A DNA stretch of 64,000 nucleotides from a virus (Duplodnaviria > Caudoviricetes), in IMG/VR virus record IMGVR_UViG_3300028591_000009, positions 1 to 64,000 of that record. One strand, 5' to 3'. The notes below the pieces were generated by a model, which worked only from the letters and a program-made list of their open reading frames with translations, was not told the DNA's origin and did no database searches. Shown piece after piece: positions 9,648 through 23,600 of this stretch; position 1 is the stretch's first letter; each line of letters begins with the position of its first letter. The translations under genes and the position numbers were made by a program.

Positions 9648-12600
9648 TGAAAACAATTCATATATAAATTCTTTTACAAAAGGAATGAATTCCGATCAGG
9701 CGTTTGATCAAATATAGAATTCATAGTATACTTTTGCAAAGAATATTAGAATAACTAAGAATTAGTTACTTGGAGGCGCGAGTGATTATTCTTCAGTTAG
9801 AGAGGGTATAGTAGCACCTGTTCCTGACGGAATTCATTCTGCAACCATAGCTGATTTTACAGATACCATTCTTTCTGTTAAAAGCGTAGATAATCTATGT
9901 GTAATAATTACCAAAAATAATGCAGGAGATTTAAATGTATATCGATGTTATATTGACGAAATAGATGGTAGTACAAACAACTTCGAATTGTTGTGGAAAT
10001 CTCCTGGATTTTGGAATGGTGACGCACCTGATCAAGTTTCTACAGTATTATATAAAGAACTTGAAAACGTAATAAAATTATATATAGCTACTGGCAAAGT
10101 TCCTGTCATTGTTCTTAGAGTAGATGAAGAAGGAGAAAATACAATACGAAAGTTTAATAATGGAACATATGAATATACAGACGTAGATTATCTCATAAAT
10201 AACCGTATCATACCAAGAAAACGTGTATTTATTAGCAATAAGATTTCCGGTAGATTAAAAACATCGCAGGTTCAATATACATACAGATATTATAATAAAT
10301 ACGCCAATACTACACAGTTAGCACCACTTACAAATAAAATATAGATAATCGATCCGTCTAGATCAAAGGAGATTGGAAATGCTGAAGATACAGAAACGTC
10401 TGTGGGCCTCACAATAACTATCGATGCAAAAGATTATAGCGGTGTATATGAAAGATTGTAGGTATACAGATTGTCTTATATTGTTCCTGGGCAAGATGCG
10501 GAAATAGCATTAATATACGATGGTAAGTTTGATGATAATTTTATTCTAAACGACGTTGGTATAGATCCTCTACAAACATTGACAATAGAAGAATTTGCAG
10601 CCATGTCTGGAGTAATGTTGATTCCTCAGGTCATAGAATAGAATCAAGAATATATGTTCTGTTCTAACGTTAGTGACGATACAATAATAAAAGATCTAGA
10701 GATTACTGTCGACGAAAATCCTTATGAGTTGGTTGAAAGTAAAGTAGTACTTGCTACAAATTTAACAGGATCTATTCCAGATGAAGGAAATTATACATTC
10801 GGACAGATAGGAGTTAATTTAGATGATTATTTTAAACAACGAAGTATAAACGTAGATCTAGCAAAGCCTAGTTATGATAATATATTTACATCAAGTCTAT
10901 TACGATCGTTAAGACGTGGAGAATAGTATAGATATGGCATTGTATATTACGATAAATACGGTAGACGCAGCGATGTTAAAACTATATGTAGCGTTGATGT
11001 AGAACCAATAAGCGATTAGAAGATGCCGTTCGGTACTGAAATCATAAACGGACAAGAAATACTTATTGCGTATCCAAAAGGTGTAAAAATAAAAATACCT
11101 CAAATAACAGGAGTAAATCCAGAAGACATAATAGGTTGTCAAATAGTAAGACGTTCTTCTTCTGAAATATACCAAAATACTTTAATGCAAGTTGCATTGG
11201 CCAGACCGTTACAACAAGGATTAAGTGAATTACATAATGAGTTAACACCAAACAAACAGTCTCCATTTTATCCTTCCGGTTTTCTATCTGTAAACGATAT
11301 GACAATTTTGCCAAGCTATTATACAAATGACGTCGGTGGCAATTGGAGGTATATAGGAGAAAACGCAGTCCCTCTTGGTGCGTCTACAAAAAATAATTCG
11401 TTATTTTAGATATTCTCGTCAGAGATTGATTTTAGACGAGACGATGTATTATCAAAACTAAACGTTTCTGATACTTTAATACAAGAATAGTTTTATATAC
11501 CGTCTACATACTCGGTATATAAAAACGGTGTATTAGATGAAGTAAATTCTTTCGAAGGTGTTGTATCTTCAAATACAACTTCTCCAACAGATATAAATAC
11601 AACCTGGAACGAGTATGAATCTAACGATGACTATTCATATGTGATAAATGCAGACCAGTTTAATCTGAACGCAAACAATATATGGTTATAGCCATCCTAG
11701 AAAGAATCTAACACACATCACTGGACTTTTTCATTTTACAGTAACGATGTACCTTTGTTTTAGGTGTACGAAGGCGAAAATATAATTCCTAAAATAGGAG
11801 CACTTTCTGACCCAAGCGTGTTTTCTGGAAACTTAAGAATATAGACAAATTACATAACACATTTTACGATAAGTAGTGGTTTTGGAATGTCGGTGCCTGG
11901 AATAGTAAATTTAGAAATTGCTACTCAGATTGTTTAGTACTCACCAACTTCGAGCACTGCGATAGGAATAGATAGAGCATATGTTAAAAAATTAACACCC
12001 GAAGACAAAAAAGATTTCTATTATATATTTAATTATTTTAAAACAGGAACTCCGTATCATTCTAATTTTAATAGCTCCGCATCAAACGGAAAAATAAAAA
12101 TACAAAAAATAAAAGATGTAAAAATACCAAATTGGAACGACGGTTTTGATCGAGTTGATTTTGATGATGACGGCGATGTTTTACGTGCAAATAAAGAATA
12201 CACAGGGTTTAATACAACAATAGATAAATATTCTTATAATAACTGGGTGTCTTTTGGAAAATATGACTTGAATGCTGGAAATGAATATAGTCCAAATCAG
12301 TCTTGGGACGCTCCACAAACAAAAGAATTAATTGGACATAAAGATAGGTACTGGGATTGGCTGCACGCTTCTAGGAAAGAGGGAGAAGGCTTTTTAAGAA
12401 ATGGTTATATAGGACCAGGTCCTTCGTGCTTTTTGTTAGTTACAGAAAGAGAAACTGGAGGATTCCCTACACAAAATCTAAATTTTTATACATCGGTATG
12501 TAATATTTAGCACGTGTCAAAATAGGACAATGTTGAGTCTGATGAACAAGTACAATTTTTTGGATTTGGCAATTATTTTGAACTTGAATATAAAAACCAG

Positions 12601-13974
12601 AAGTTATAGCTTTTAGGAGGTGGAGATAAAATGACCGTGTTTGACGGAGATATATATATAACACCGCACGAGTTTACAACTATATACAAAGCGTATAACT
12701 TCGAATCTGTAGATACACTTCAGTCAATGCAAATAACAAATTACATTCCACTAGAATCTAAAGTAAATACTTATTTTGATTATGGAATGAATTTAAGGAA
12801 TACTGTTAGTGCGAATCTTATGTATGAACCAGGATCAATAGACGGAGTCACAACACAAGAAAGACCGGCACATCAGTATAATATGATTTATTCTGACAAT
12901 GACGCGTCTAATGATGTATTTACCCTTATATCTACAGATAAAAACGAAACAAACATGTTTAAACAGAGAGCGTATTTCTCAGAACTAAAGAATAATGGTG
13001 AGTTTATAGATAACTTCCTTATTTTTAAAGCTCTTTCGTTTATTGACGTAGATAGTAAATATGGATAGATAACCAATCTTTGTACAGACAAAAACTTGTT
13101 GTATTATTGGCAAGAACATGCGTTTGGTAAGTTTAGTGTAAATGAACGTTCACTTATCAACGATCAGAACGGAAATACTATAATGCTTGGTCAAGCCGGT
13201 ATTCTTAGTCGTTATGACTATTTGAGTACAAAATATGGCATGCGTCTATATGATTTCTGTGCAAGACCGACTGAAAACGGTGTATACTGGGCAGATATGA
13301 ATAATAAAGCTATTGTAGCATCTTCAGGAAATCAAGTTATAAATTACGGAGAGCAGATAGGCGTTTAGAATATAATTAACGACAGAATTGATATAACTAA
13401 AATACCAAATATAGACTATGACATTCAGAATAACGAACTGTTGTGCCAAATTTTGAAAGACGGAGAGCAACTTGTATTGAATACCAAATACAATATTCCG
13501 GTCTCTATTTACGACAGAAGTTATAACGAAATGTCATATATAAAAAATCATCTGTTTGGATTGTATAAAAACGAAGAGGGCTTAATTATAACAAAACATA
13601 ATTATTTAGATAATTACAGCGAAGTAAAATACTTAGCTCCAATGATTCTGGATTTTGTTGTAAACCCAAACGTTTCTGTTGTAAAAGTATTTGACAACCA
13701 ACAAATAGTTCCAATCAAGCGTTCTGGATCGATAATTCCGAATATATCTATATCCGTAGAAACAGATTTATATGAAAAAACTGATGTGAATATAAATAAT
13801 ATACGCACTGACAGAGAAGGTAATTTGTTATATGCAATTCCTAGATTTGGCAACGAAGATTATGGAAACAGAATGCGAGGTAAGTGGATGAAAGTAAGAA
13901 TATAGAATGAAGAACCTACTGATTATTCTACTCTATCTCACGTAATAACAAAGTTTAGACAATCCTATAGTTAA
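9637..13974 (+). CDS. Muzzle / tail stabilisation protein, ~1445 aa with TAG=Gln
   Basis: N-terminal NSFTKGMNSD...QYTFAKNIR and C-terminal RMRGKWM...ITKFRQSYS; all track fragments 9988-13905 share one frame, and the gaps I read contain only TAG. Confidence 0.8.
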
Positions 13975-13975
13975 T

Positions 13976-15961
13976 ATGAAAAAGAATAGTAAAAAGAAAC
14001 TTCCTAGATATTGGCTAGGAACTAGAAAACCTACAACTCTCGGCTATCAACCTAACAAAGGGATTGGAGACTCTTTGACATCCACAAACCCTGGTATAAG
14101 TTTGTAGCCAGAAGTAAACGCTATGAAGTAGAACCAAATACCAAATGCACTTGGAAAAGCAGGACAATCTTTACAATTTCCTATGTAGATGTTCTAGGGA
14201 ATGAAAAGTGTATTACCAACAACTGGCACAGCAGGTTCTATAATTGCTGCATCTTCTGCTGCTCCTGCTGGGACTGGAGTGGCCCTTGGCTTGGGAGGCA
14301 AACAAGTTGCTTCTGTAGCTCCAGAGATAGCTGAAAGTGCAGCAACCAAAGCGACATTGGGCACTGTTGGTAAAGTAGCCGGAGCCTTGGGTACTGCGTA
14401 CGGATTGTATTCCATCGGTTCTGATATAGCAGATGCCGGATCGCATAGATCTCTTGGTGAAATGCGTAATACTCTAGGTACAAATACGTATACAACAGCC
14501 GGCGGTAATACATATACAGAAAGACTTGGTGTGGACTCAGCATCAGAGTTGGAATATGAGCGTCAAAATAGAAAATCCAAACAGCTTGGTCTTACTATGG
14601 ACTCCATAGGATTAGGAGCGTCTGCTGGAGGATTGGTCGGAGGCACCGCGTTAGCTGGTTCTGTAGGAGGTCCTTTAGGAGCTGCACTTGGCGCTGGATT
14701 AGGACTTCTTGCTGGAGGTATAGCTTCGTTGTTTGGATTTGGCGATAACGAGGAAGAAATCAAAAAGCAGATGGAAATCCTTGGAGAAGAAACAGCTAGA
14801 ATAAACAGACAGTCTAGTTCTGAAGCTAAGGATGCAGATATAAAGAATGCATTTTATAGTGGAGAAGCTAGTGCTGCTGACGGTAAGCGTCCAGTATGGA
14901 CTCCGGCAGGATTGGTAAATAGAAAAGCTACGGCAAGAGTATCTAGTGGAGAGCTTATAGGTAATTTTTAGGACGGTACTGTAACTAGAGTTGCTGGAGA
15001 GAAAAATAATAAAGATACAAAACTTGCAGCTCTTAAAAACAGTGATTTTGTAATAAGTAATAAATTCGGCCTTTCTGATTATGCTGCTTAGACAGGTGAC
15101 TATGAAGGTGCCTTAAATATGTAGGATATACTAATGAAGAATTATAAAAACGGAAAGATGCCGAGATATTGGGGAGGCAAACTTGGTGATTACCTTATGA
15201 CAGGATTACCAAGACTTGCAGAAATGGCGCTTGTATAGAAAAATATAAATGCTGATAAAACAGCAGACGTTTATGCACCAGATACATATGTAGATGATGC
15301 AGAAGGTCGTAAGGCTGTAAATATTCTAGCTAGTCAAAGATTTGATGAGCGTCCTTATTTGTATGATGCAACAAAGCAACTAAATATGGCTAATTGGGCT
15401 GCTAGAAGAATGGCGGGCGTTGGTCTTGGTGGTAGAGCTATGTTGGAACGTATGAATTTTGCAGACTATCTGAATAGTATTGCAAAAATACACACAACAA
15501 AGAATGAAATGGACGCCAAGAACAGTCAAGTGTATGCCAATGCTTTGGCAGCGCTTGGCGCTAAAAATCAACAAGCTCGCATAGCAAGTAACGTCAATAA
15601 ACACAATTGGTTACAATAGGCATACGGAGCTAGATTTGGAGCTCTTCGTTCTGATATGGCTCAGCTTGGTAGTTTGATAGCAGCTGGGGCAAAAGATTTA
15701 TACGGAGTATCAAAAGATCAAAGTGCAAATGCATATCGCGATCGCATGGAAGGGTTGTATAATAGACAGTTGGATAACGACGAAATAAAAATATAGATAG
15801 ATGCAGAAAATGCCGCTGCCAATAGATAGTTAGCCGCAAGTATGTATGGAGGATATTCTACAGCGCAAGATGGATTGTCCGATATGCCGTGGTGGTATAA
15901 AAATTATAGATTGGGACAAGCTGCTAGAGCGTATCAAAATTCACTAACACGGGGAGCTTGA
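13976..15961 (+). CDS. Cargo / ejection protein with glycine-zipper segments, 661 aa with TAG=Gln
   Basis: Continuous frame to TGA; Gly/Ala-rich hydrophobic stretches; repeated KLPRYWLG / KMPRYWGG motif. Confidence 0.7.
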
Positions 15962-15963
15962 TT

Positions 15964-17679
15964 ATGACATTTTTAGGATTAGAAAGGCCGCAGTTATATA
16001 CGCCAACACAAATATTTGATCCTGCTGCGGCTAATATTGAAGCACAAGCTAGAGATTTATACATAAACGCGTTGTATAACGATTACTAGCAGGGTGTAAA
16101 GGATATGAAAGAGTTCTATAAGGAATATGGAGGCTTTCTTAGTCCTATACAAAAAGATATGGATTGGTATGCAAACAATGTCACTGGTGTTATTTAGGAT
16201 TATGTAAACGATTTGTATGCCAAAGGAATAGACCCTTTACGTTCTGCAGAAGGTAGAGCTGGTATAAGCAGACTGATAGCAGGTATGCCATATGGAAAAA
16301 TAGCTCAGCTTCGTCAGAGCGCAGAAACTGCTAAGAAGTATTTGGACTCATTCGATGAATTTACAAATCCTGAGTTAGAAAAGGCGCTTGGTAGAGATTT
16401 GTCACAATGGAGCACCATAGACGATGGGTTGTGGAGTACAAAAGAACGTACTAAGTTTTAGGATCTTAATCAGTGGACTCATCATTTATTTGATGATATG
16501 GAGTTGTCATTTGACCCAGAAGAAAGTAAGAAATATCCTGGGTACAAAGCTTACACAAAAAGTAAGGACACAATGAATACTATTGTAGATACTCATATTG
16601 CACAACTTCTGAATTCTGATCTTGGAAAATTCTACCTCGGCGAAGTACTAAAATCTATACCAGAAGGTACTGAAGATAGAGTTGGAGCTGCTGTAAACGA
16701 ATTAAAACGCAGAATAGTAAATGCAAACTGGGAACAAAACCAAGTAAAACTAGAATCCGATCCTTATGCGCTAGCAAGATATCAAAATAGATTAAGAGGA
16801 AGCGGCGGTGGAGGATACAGACAGCAGCAACAAAAACTTTCGTTTAATTATATGAATGGCATATTCCAACGCGGATTGACAAATGCTTTCGGATATGATG
16901 CAAATACACAAGAAGAAACAGCTTTAAATAATATCATGTCTGATCAAATAGGATTTGGTCAATCTATGAGAAAAGGTTCGTTTAGTGGACCGTGGGCTGC
17001 TTATAAAGCAAACACAAACGATTATGTAAATAAGTTTACTATTTACGAAAACCCAATGATGTTTGCAGGCATAATTGGTAGAAAGATGGACAATGAAGGA
17101 AGCGTCCCTTTGACCAGAGCGGACTTGTAGAATTTAAGAAGTTAGGCAGACGTTGTTACAAGTACATATGGTTATCCATATTCACATATTCCAACCAATT
17201 CTGACAAGATTCGTACAATGTTTGATTCAGCTCCAGTTTAGAAAGTAAACACTACAGATGGCGAAGGAAAAGAAACGGTAGAATACGAAGGAATACGAAT
17301 GGTTCCGTATCAAGATGTATATACATCATATCAAAGATTCGGACAGAACGGTGCTATGGATCAACAGTGGAAAGTTGCCATTATAAATACACACACCGGA
17401 AAACACATGGGAGATTTCTGGTATACTATACCAAATACTAGAGAATATAATATTAACATTCCGTCTATAAAAGAATGGAAGAAAGATAAAGATGGACGTT
17501 ATGTCATGCAAGACGATGAATTAAGAGGTCGTGCTAAAGCAGGTATTAACTCTAGAGTAAGAGGAGCAAATGAAAGAGCTTCTTGGGGTACAACAGGTAT
17601 GTATGGAGTTACAACACATCCATTTAATAGGGATGTTACATACAACCAAGAAGGAGTTTCGCTTTCACCTTATAGATAA
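15964..17679 (+). CDS. Cargo / ejection protein, 571 aa with TAG=Gln
   Basis: Joins track ORFs 16213, 16498 and 17299 in one frame; ends TAA. Confidence 0.7.
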
Positions 17680-17684
17680 TAAAA

Positions 17685-20600
17685 ATGAAACAAGAAAAAA
17701 AGAAATTGTGGGTTCCTAAAGAAGATTTTAGAACTCGCTTTGCACAAAGAGATCTGGAAATATCTATAAGCGAATATAATAGAATTCGTGATCAATATTT
17801 GGCATCTCAGCGCAAGAAAAGAGAACAAGAGGAGAAAATCCGCGAAGAAATAGAAAAACAAGAAGCTATTGAAAAAGAAAGAAAGCTTCAGCAGTAGAAA
17901 TAGGCAGAAGATACATTAAAACAGTCTGAACCTGCTGGTCAGCCTAAATAGAGACAAAAAAAGGTTGATCAGCAGAAAACTGCTGTTTCAGATATAAAGA
18001 TACCTAGCATACAAGAGATAGCAGATAGCAATAGGGCAAGTATCAATAGTTTTCTAAATCGCAAAATAACATCTAGAAGAGCGGATGCTCCATAGGAAAA
18101 GAAGGAACAATACCTAGACATAAGTGTTCCATCGATAACCGGCCTAATGGATGACTACACGAAACCTGTAGTATATAATACTACAAGCGGAATGTTCTAG
18201 GTTATAAATGATCCCGAAGAAACAATTTCTTCCGCAAGACAAGCCTTATTGAATAGACCAACTCCAGAAGGTCTTTCTGATTATGAAAGTAGATATTTAC
18301 AAGCTACAGACCCAATATAGAGATTAAATGATGTTCGCAATAGATATAATGTACCAAGAGATCCTGTTGACATAAGAGAAGAACAGGAAGCAAAAGGTAC
18401 ATTTTGGGAAAATATTGCTTCAAATTTAATGACTCCTGGGTATGGAGCTGGACAAGGTAATGTATATGCCACACAACCTTTAAATAATATAATATCTAAT
18501 AATATCAACAGCAATATAAAAACACAATACAATATTGCTGACAAGAAAGACAAACAGTATATAGACGATATAATTAGTACATGGTCTGTTGGTAAGAACA
18601 ATGCGGAGTTTGATGCATATGTAGACTCTGCTGTGCGTCTTGGCGAAAAAAAGCAATATGCAAATATCATCAAACAGTATAGCGACAATATAGATCAGTA
18701 TATACAACTACAGCAACAGTTTAATGAATCTATAGAAGATCCTAACGTATCCGATGAAGAAAAGAGGCAGATAGTTGTTCAAATGAACAATATTCTTGCA
18801 CAAAATGAAAAACTGCGCCCAAAGGTAGAAGAGGCAGCATCATATAAATACAGTCCTACAGTAGGTGGTACTGTATTTAAAAGTATTAGAGACTTCTTCT
18901 TTAATATACTAGATGGTGGAGATTATGGAAAACAGTTTAAAAAGAAGCATAACCTTCCAGTAATTTCGGATATTATACCAGATGATGTTGGAAATTATGG
19001 ACAATAGCTATTAGACTTAGCTAAATCATACAAACTGACTCCTGGTAGAAATATAAATGAATAGTTCTTAGCACAATTTGAAAATCTTAAAAACAATATA
19101 AATTCTACAAATGACAAATTCCAGTCTGATGTAGATGAGGAAATAAAGAAAGATAAAGAATTGGCTCTTAGAAACAAACAAGAAGCGTTAGATTGGCTTG
19201 AATGGCACACGCCGTCTGCAGAATTTAAAGCAAAGGAAAAGGCTGCATAGGCAAACTATCTTACAGATTTCGATACGTACAAATACGGAATGTGGGGTGT
19301 TTTGGGATCTTCCGCTTCGTTCAATGGAATTCAACTTCTGTCTACAGGACTTAACTGGCTTGGAGCTGGCTTGTTGATGGCACCTCATCCTGGAGCAAAA
19401 GCTGCTGGTGCCGTATCTACTGCAGCTGGAGCTGGACTTGGTATTGTATCTGGTGTATATGAAAATAGAGCTGAAGTTACATAGAACTATATATCAGGTC
19501 TTCGTAACTCTTTACAAGAAAGAGGCTTATTAAAGAAGTTCTTGGAAGATGGTAAGAAACAGCTAGAACATAAAGGAATCGTTGTTAGAGATGATGAAGA
19601 TGTATTTAGACACTTTATATTAAAAGACTATAAACCAAACAATCCAGTAATACAAGATCTTGCTTTACGTCATATGTTCGGCGCAAATAATGCGTTCCAA
19701 AACGATATGATGGCTGTATCAGCAGACGTTGCATTTAATGCTGGATTGAACGTATTTGGTGCAACAGGTAAAGTCGCTGAGGCTATGAAACTTTTGCCTC
19801 AGGGTAGTAAGTATGCAATTCTTAGAAAAGTTGCAGAAAACGATTTGGGTTCTGCAGCATATCACGCTACAGCAAAAATGGCAAAGCCTAATGTGTTGGC
19901 CAGCGCATTGTCACCATTGGCTAATATACCATACAACGTTGCAGTAAAACCTATTGTGACGTCTATAAGCGGCGCTATGAAGCCAATGATTAAGTAGGCT
20001 GCTACATACATGGCAAGAGCTGCAGAATGGGCGAGAATTGCTCCAAAAGGCATATTTAGTACATCTACCGTAGGTAAATACGCATTCAATTTCCTCGGTA
20101 AGCAATTAGCAAGAGGTTTTTCTGAGGCAGTCGAAGAAGGTAAGCAGTATGAATACGGTAAAATGTTCTCAGAAGGAAAATTTGCCGGAAAGAGTAATTC
20201 TATATTTAGTACGCTTATAGATGATTTATCAACTGGACTGTATACTGGAACCGCATTTATAGGGAGTCAGTTCTTAGGCATAGAGCCCGATAAAGAGCTG
20301 ATGTCAAATATGCGCGGCGGCTTCCTCGGAGGTATACTCAATAGTGGAGCTTTTATTACTGCTACACAAAACACAATAAACGCTGTTGGCGAATTGCGCG
20401 CAGGCGATGTATTTTTCAACAATATAATGGCTGAAAAATTAAGACAGCGCAGCAATATTATTAACGGCGAGGAGATGGCAAAATATGCATCTAGAAGCGG
20501 ATACGTAAATATGATGAACGCAATAGATAGAGCCGAGCGTATTCATCAACATATATCAGAATCTGCTTCAGATAAAGTTGGTTTGTCGGAAGAAGAAATA

Positions 20601-23600
20601 GAAAATCAAAGAAATCAGTTTAAAAGAATTGCTGCGATCGCAAACTCAACAGAAGCTAAAAACAGAGCTAAAAAATTGGGTATAAAAGAAGGTAGCGATA
20701 GATTTAGATCTATGGTGTCTTTGATGAACTATGCAGACCAAATGCAAATGGAGAATATTAACCTGTTTAATGATTTAGTAGATTAGGCATAGCAAATTCT
20801 AGAAAAAGACGGAATTAGCCTTGATGTTACTAAATTATTTGAACAAGCATGGAATTCTGCATATACCGACGAACAAAAAGAGTTAATAAATAAAGCAGCT
20901 GAATTTGTGGAATGGGCACAACCATTAAACAATCAGATTGTGGGACAATATAATGCTCTTAATAACCTTATTTCTGAATTAGAATCTAGATCAGAATTCC
21001 TTACTAGAGCCGAGCGTAGAAACTTAAATCACTACAAAGCTCAGCGCGAAAAGTTAGATTCAGTTGTAGAAGACATTAAATCAAAGATTGGTGGTACAGA
21101 AAACATGCAATTCATGAATAATGTTCCACAAGATATCTTAGATAAATATACTTCTATTTACAGAACTCTTTATTAGGCTTCTGCACAATTAGAAACATCT
21201 ACTCTCGTTTTAGACAATCTTTGGGGTAGAAATAATGCAAAAGTTCATGCTAATGACTATGTTGCAGATCAGCTAGATTTTATCAACAGTAGAATAAATG
21301 AACTGAATAAAGAAAAAGATAAGGCAGTAAAAAGTTCTAAAAAGAGCGCCAGAGATCGTGCTGCACTAGAGTTTATTGAACAATATGAAAAGTCTGTATA
21401 GGACGACATTGAGTTAATGGCAGAAATTGCCGACAGATTTGATAAGGAGCAGGACGATAGAAATAAAGGTTTATATGGTGCCGTAGAAGAGGAATAGGAA
21501 GAGCCAGAAGAGCCTGGGTTGCCTGGACCTGTAGTAAATGAAGAGCAACAGTAGCAACCAGAAGATCGTAGCGTTCAAGGATTGCCTACAGATACAACAC
21601 AATTAGCGTTGCCTGTAATATCTCAATTCCCAGTTGGATCTACAATAGAGAGTATTAACGAACCTGGAAATGTATTTACAATACGCGATATAAAGATAAA
21701 TCCGTCCACGGGCCAATTCTTGATAGAAGCTCAAGATCAGAAAGGTAACACTGTTACAATAGAAGATACTGAAGCCGATCAATATCAAAAGGCATTGCCT
21801 GCACCATATCATTTTGAAAAAGTATTCGAAAAACAAAAACAAGATTCTTGGTTGAGATTTAAAAAGAATTCGCCGTTTGCATAGGCATTTGAAGCTGCAA
21901 AGAATACACTTCTTCCTGCAGTAATAGACGATTCTTTTGTTGAACAAGCTAGAGTTTTATTTAAAGCGAGAATACCAAGAGGCTGGGATGTAGATAGTTC
22001 TTAGTACGACATGATGGAGAATCTTATGACCGTAGATTCTGTATATAGCAACAAGATGGTAGAATGGAATCCCATTTACGGCTGTATATATAAAAATAAT
22101 AACGGCCAATATTTCTATGTACCGTCATTTACTAAGCTTACTCCAAGTATATATCCAGATTTTAGAGCTAGACGAGATGCTAAACTTAAGATTGTAAAAC
22201 AGATTTCAGATCTTAGGGATAGTAATATGTTGGAAGAGATATCAAAACTTTTGGAAGATCACAACATAAATGCAGAATATATCAACGTCATAAACGACAA
22301 TGCTGCACTAATGTCTATTGCCGAACAAATTTCTGAATTCGACAATCCATCTACAAAAGAGTGGCTGGCAAATAGAGCTAGATATACAGACCTGGAATAT
22401 CTATTAAATTCTCCAGAAGGACAGCGTATATTCGGTAGTGGTACCGTAGTTCTTACAAATATTCAAACAAGTATTGCAAATCAATCTGCATTTATAGATG
22501 CTATTAGTATTGACGAAGATGGTCGCGCAAATATATACATAATGGCATTCCCGTCTAAAATGTGGACCGATGAAGATCTTGACAATAAAGGAAATCATCA
22601 GGAAAGCACTCGCAGAGAATATTATACACAAGTAGCAAATGATTTGTTTGCAACACTAGATCCACACGTATAGCTCGCTGTAAAAGGTGTATATGTACTA
22701 CCAATCAACCAAATGGGTACTGGCACACCAATACAACTATCTATAACTACACCAATAAACAACAACACTGGACTTCAACAGAGGGCTTTAAACTACGCTA
22801 ACAGCCTGGATACAGAGCTTGCTTATTATATATCAAGACAGGAGCAGAAAAGCCGTCCTAGACCCGCTACAGAAGGCGACGGAAGTCCCGAATTAACGTT
22901 GCAAGAAATACTTGAAAGTTTAGAACAGTTTGAATAGGCGATAAACGATGTTTATAGCGGTAAACTATCGTTTAATGGCAAAATAAGAGCTGATGTAAGA
23001 TAGTTCTTGGACAATGATAAAAATGTATTAAACAAATATAGAAACTTTTTACGTCGTCAAGAACAAACACAGGAGATAAAAGACAGTATCAAACGTATAG
23101 AAACAATATGGCAGTAGATTGTAAATATATTATCTGCATACAAAACAGCAGATGTGTACAATCCTGAAGATTTCGTATACGAAGGCGAGACTGTCGATTC
23201 ACATCGTCCCATAATACCAGATAATCATCCGCTTGCAGCATTGTCTACTTCGGGTATACCAGTTACAGCATCTAGTGACTTTATAACAAACGGAAAGGCT
23301 GAGTTGATGTATGGATGGTATAATCCTACAACAAAAGAGTTTGTAAAGTTAAATGGGTATAGTACACATCCTGGATCCGGAGTATATGTTGTATTTACAT
23401 ATAACGGTGTAAAATACGATCCTATAATGGTTCAGCCTGCACATTATAAAGCAGGAATATAGGCGTATACAGAGAAAGGTGCTCAATTTGTTACTGATGT
23501 AATACAGATGCAAAATACATCGGAGGGTCTACCGATTATCGTTACTGCTAGAAGATTGATACCAAACCCAAGATACTATGGTCCAACCAAACCGTTGTTA

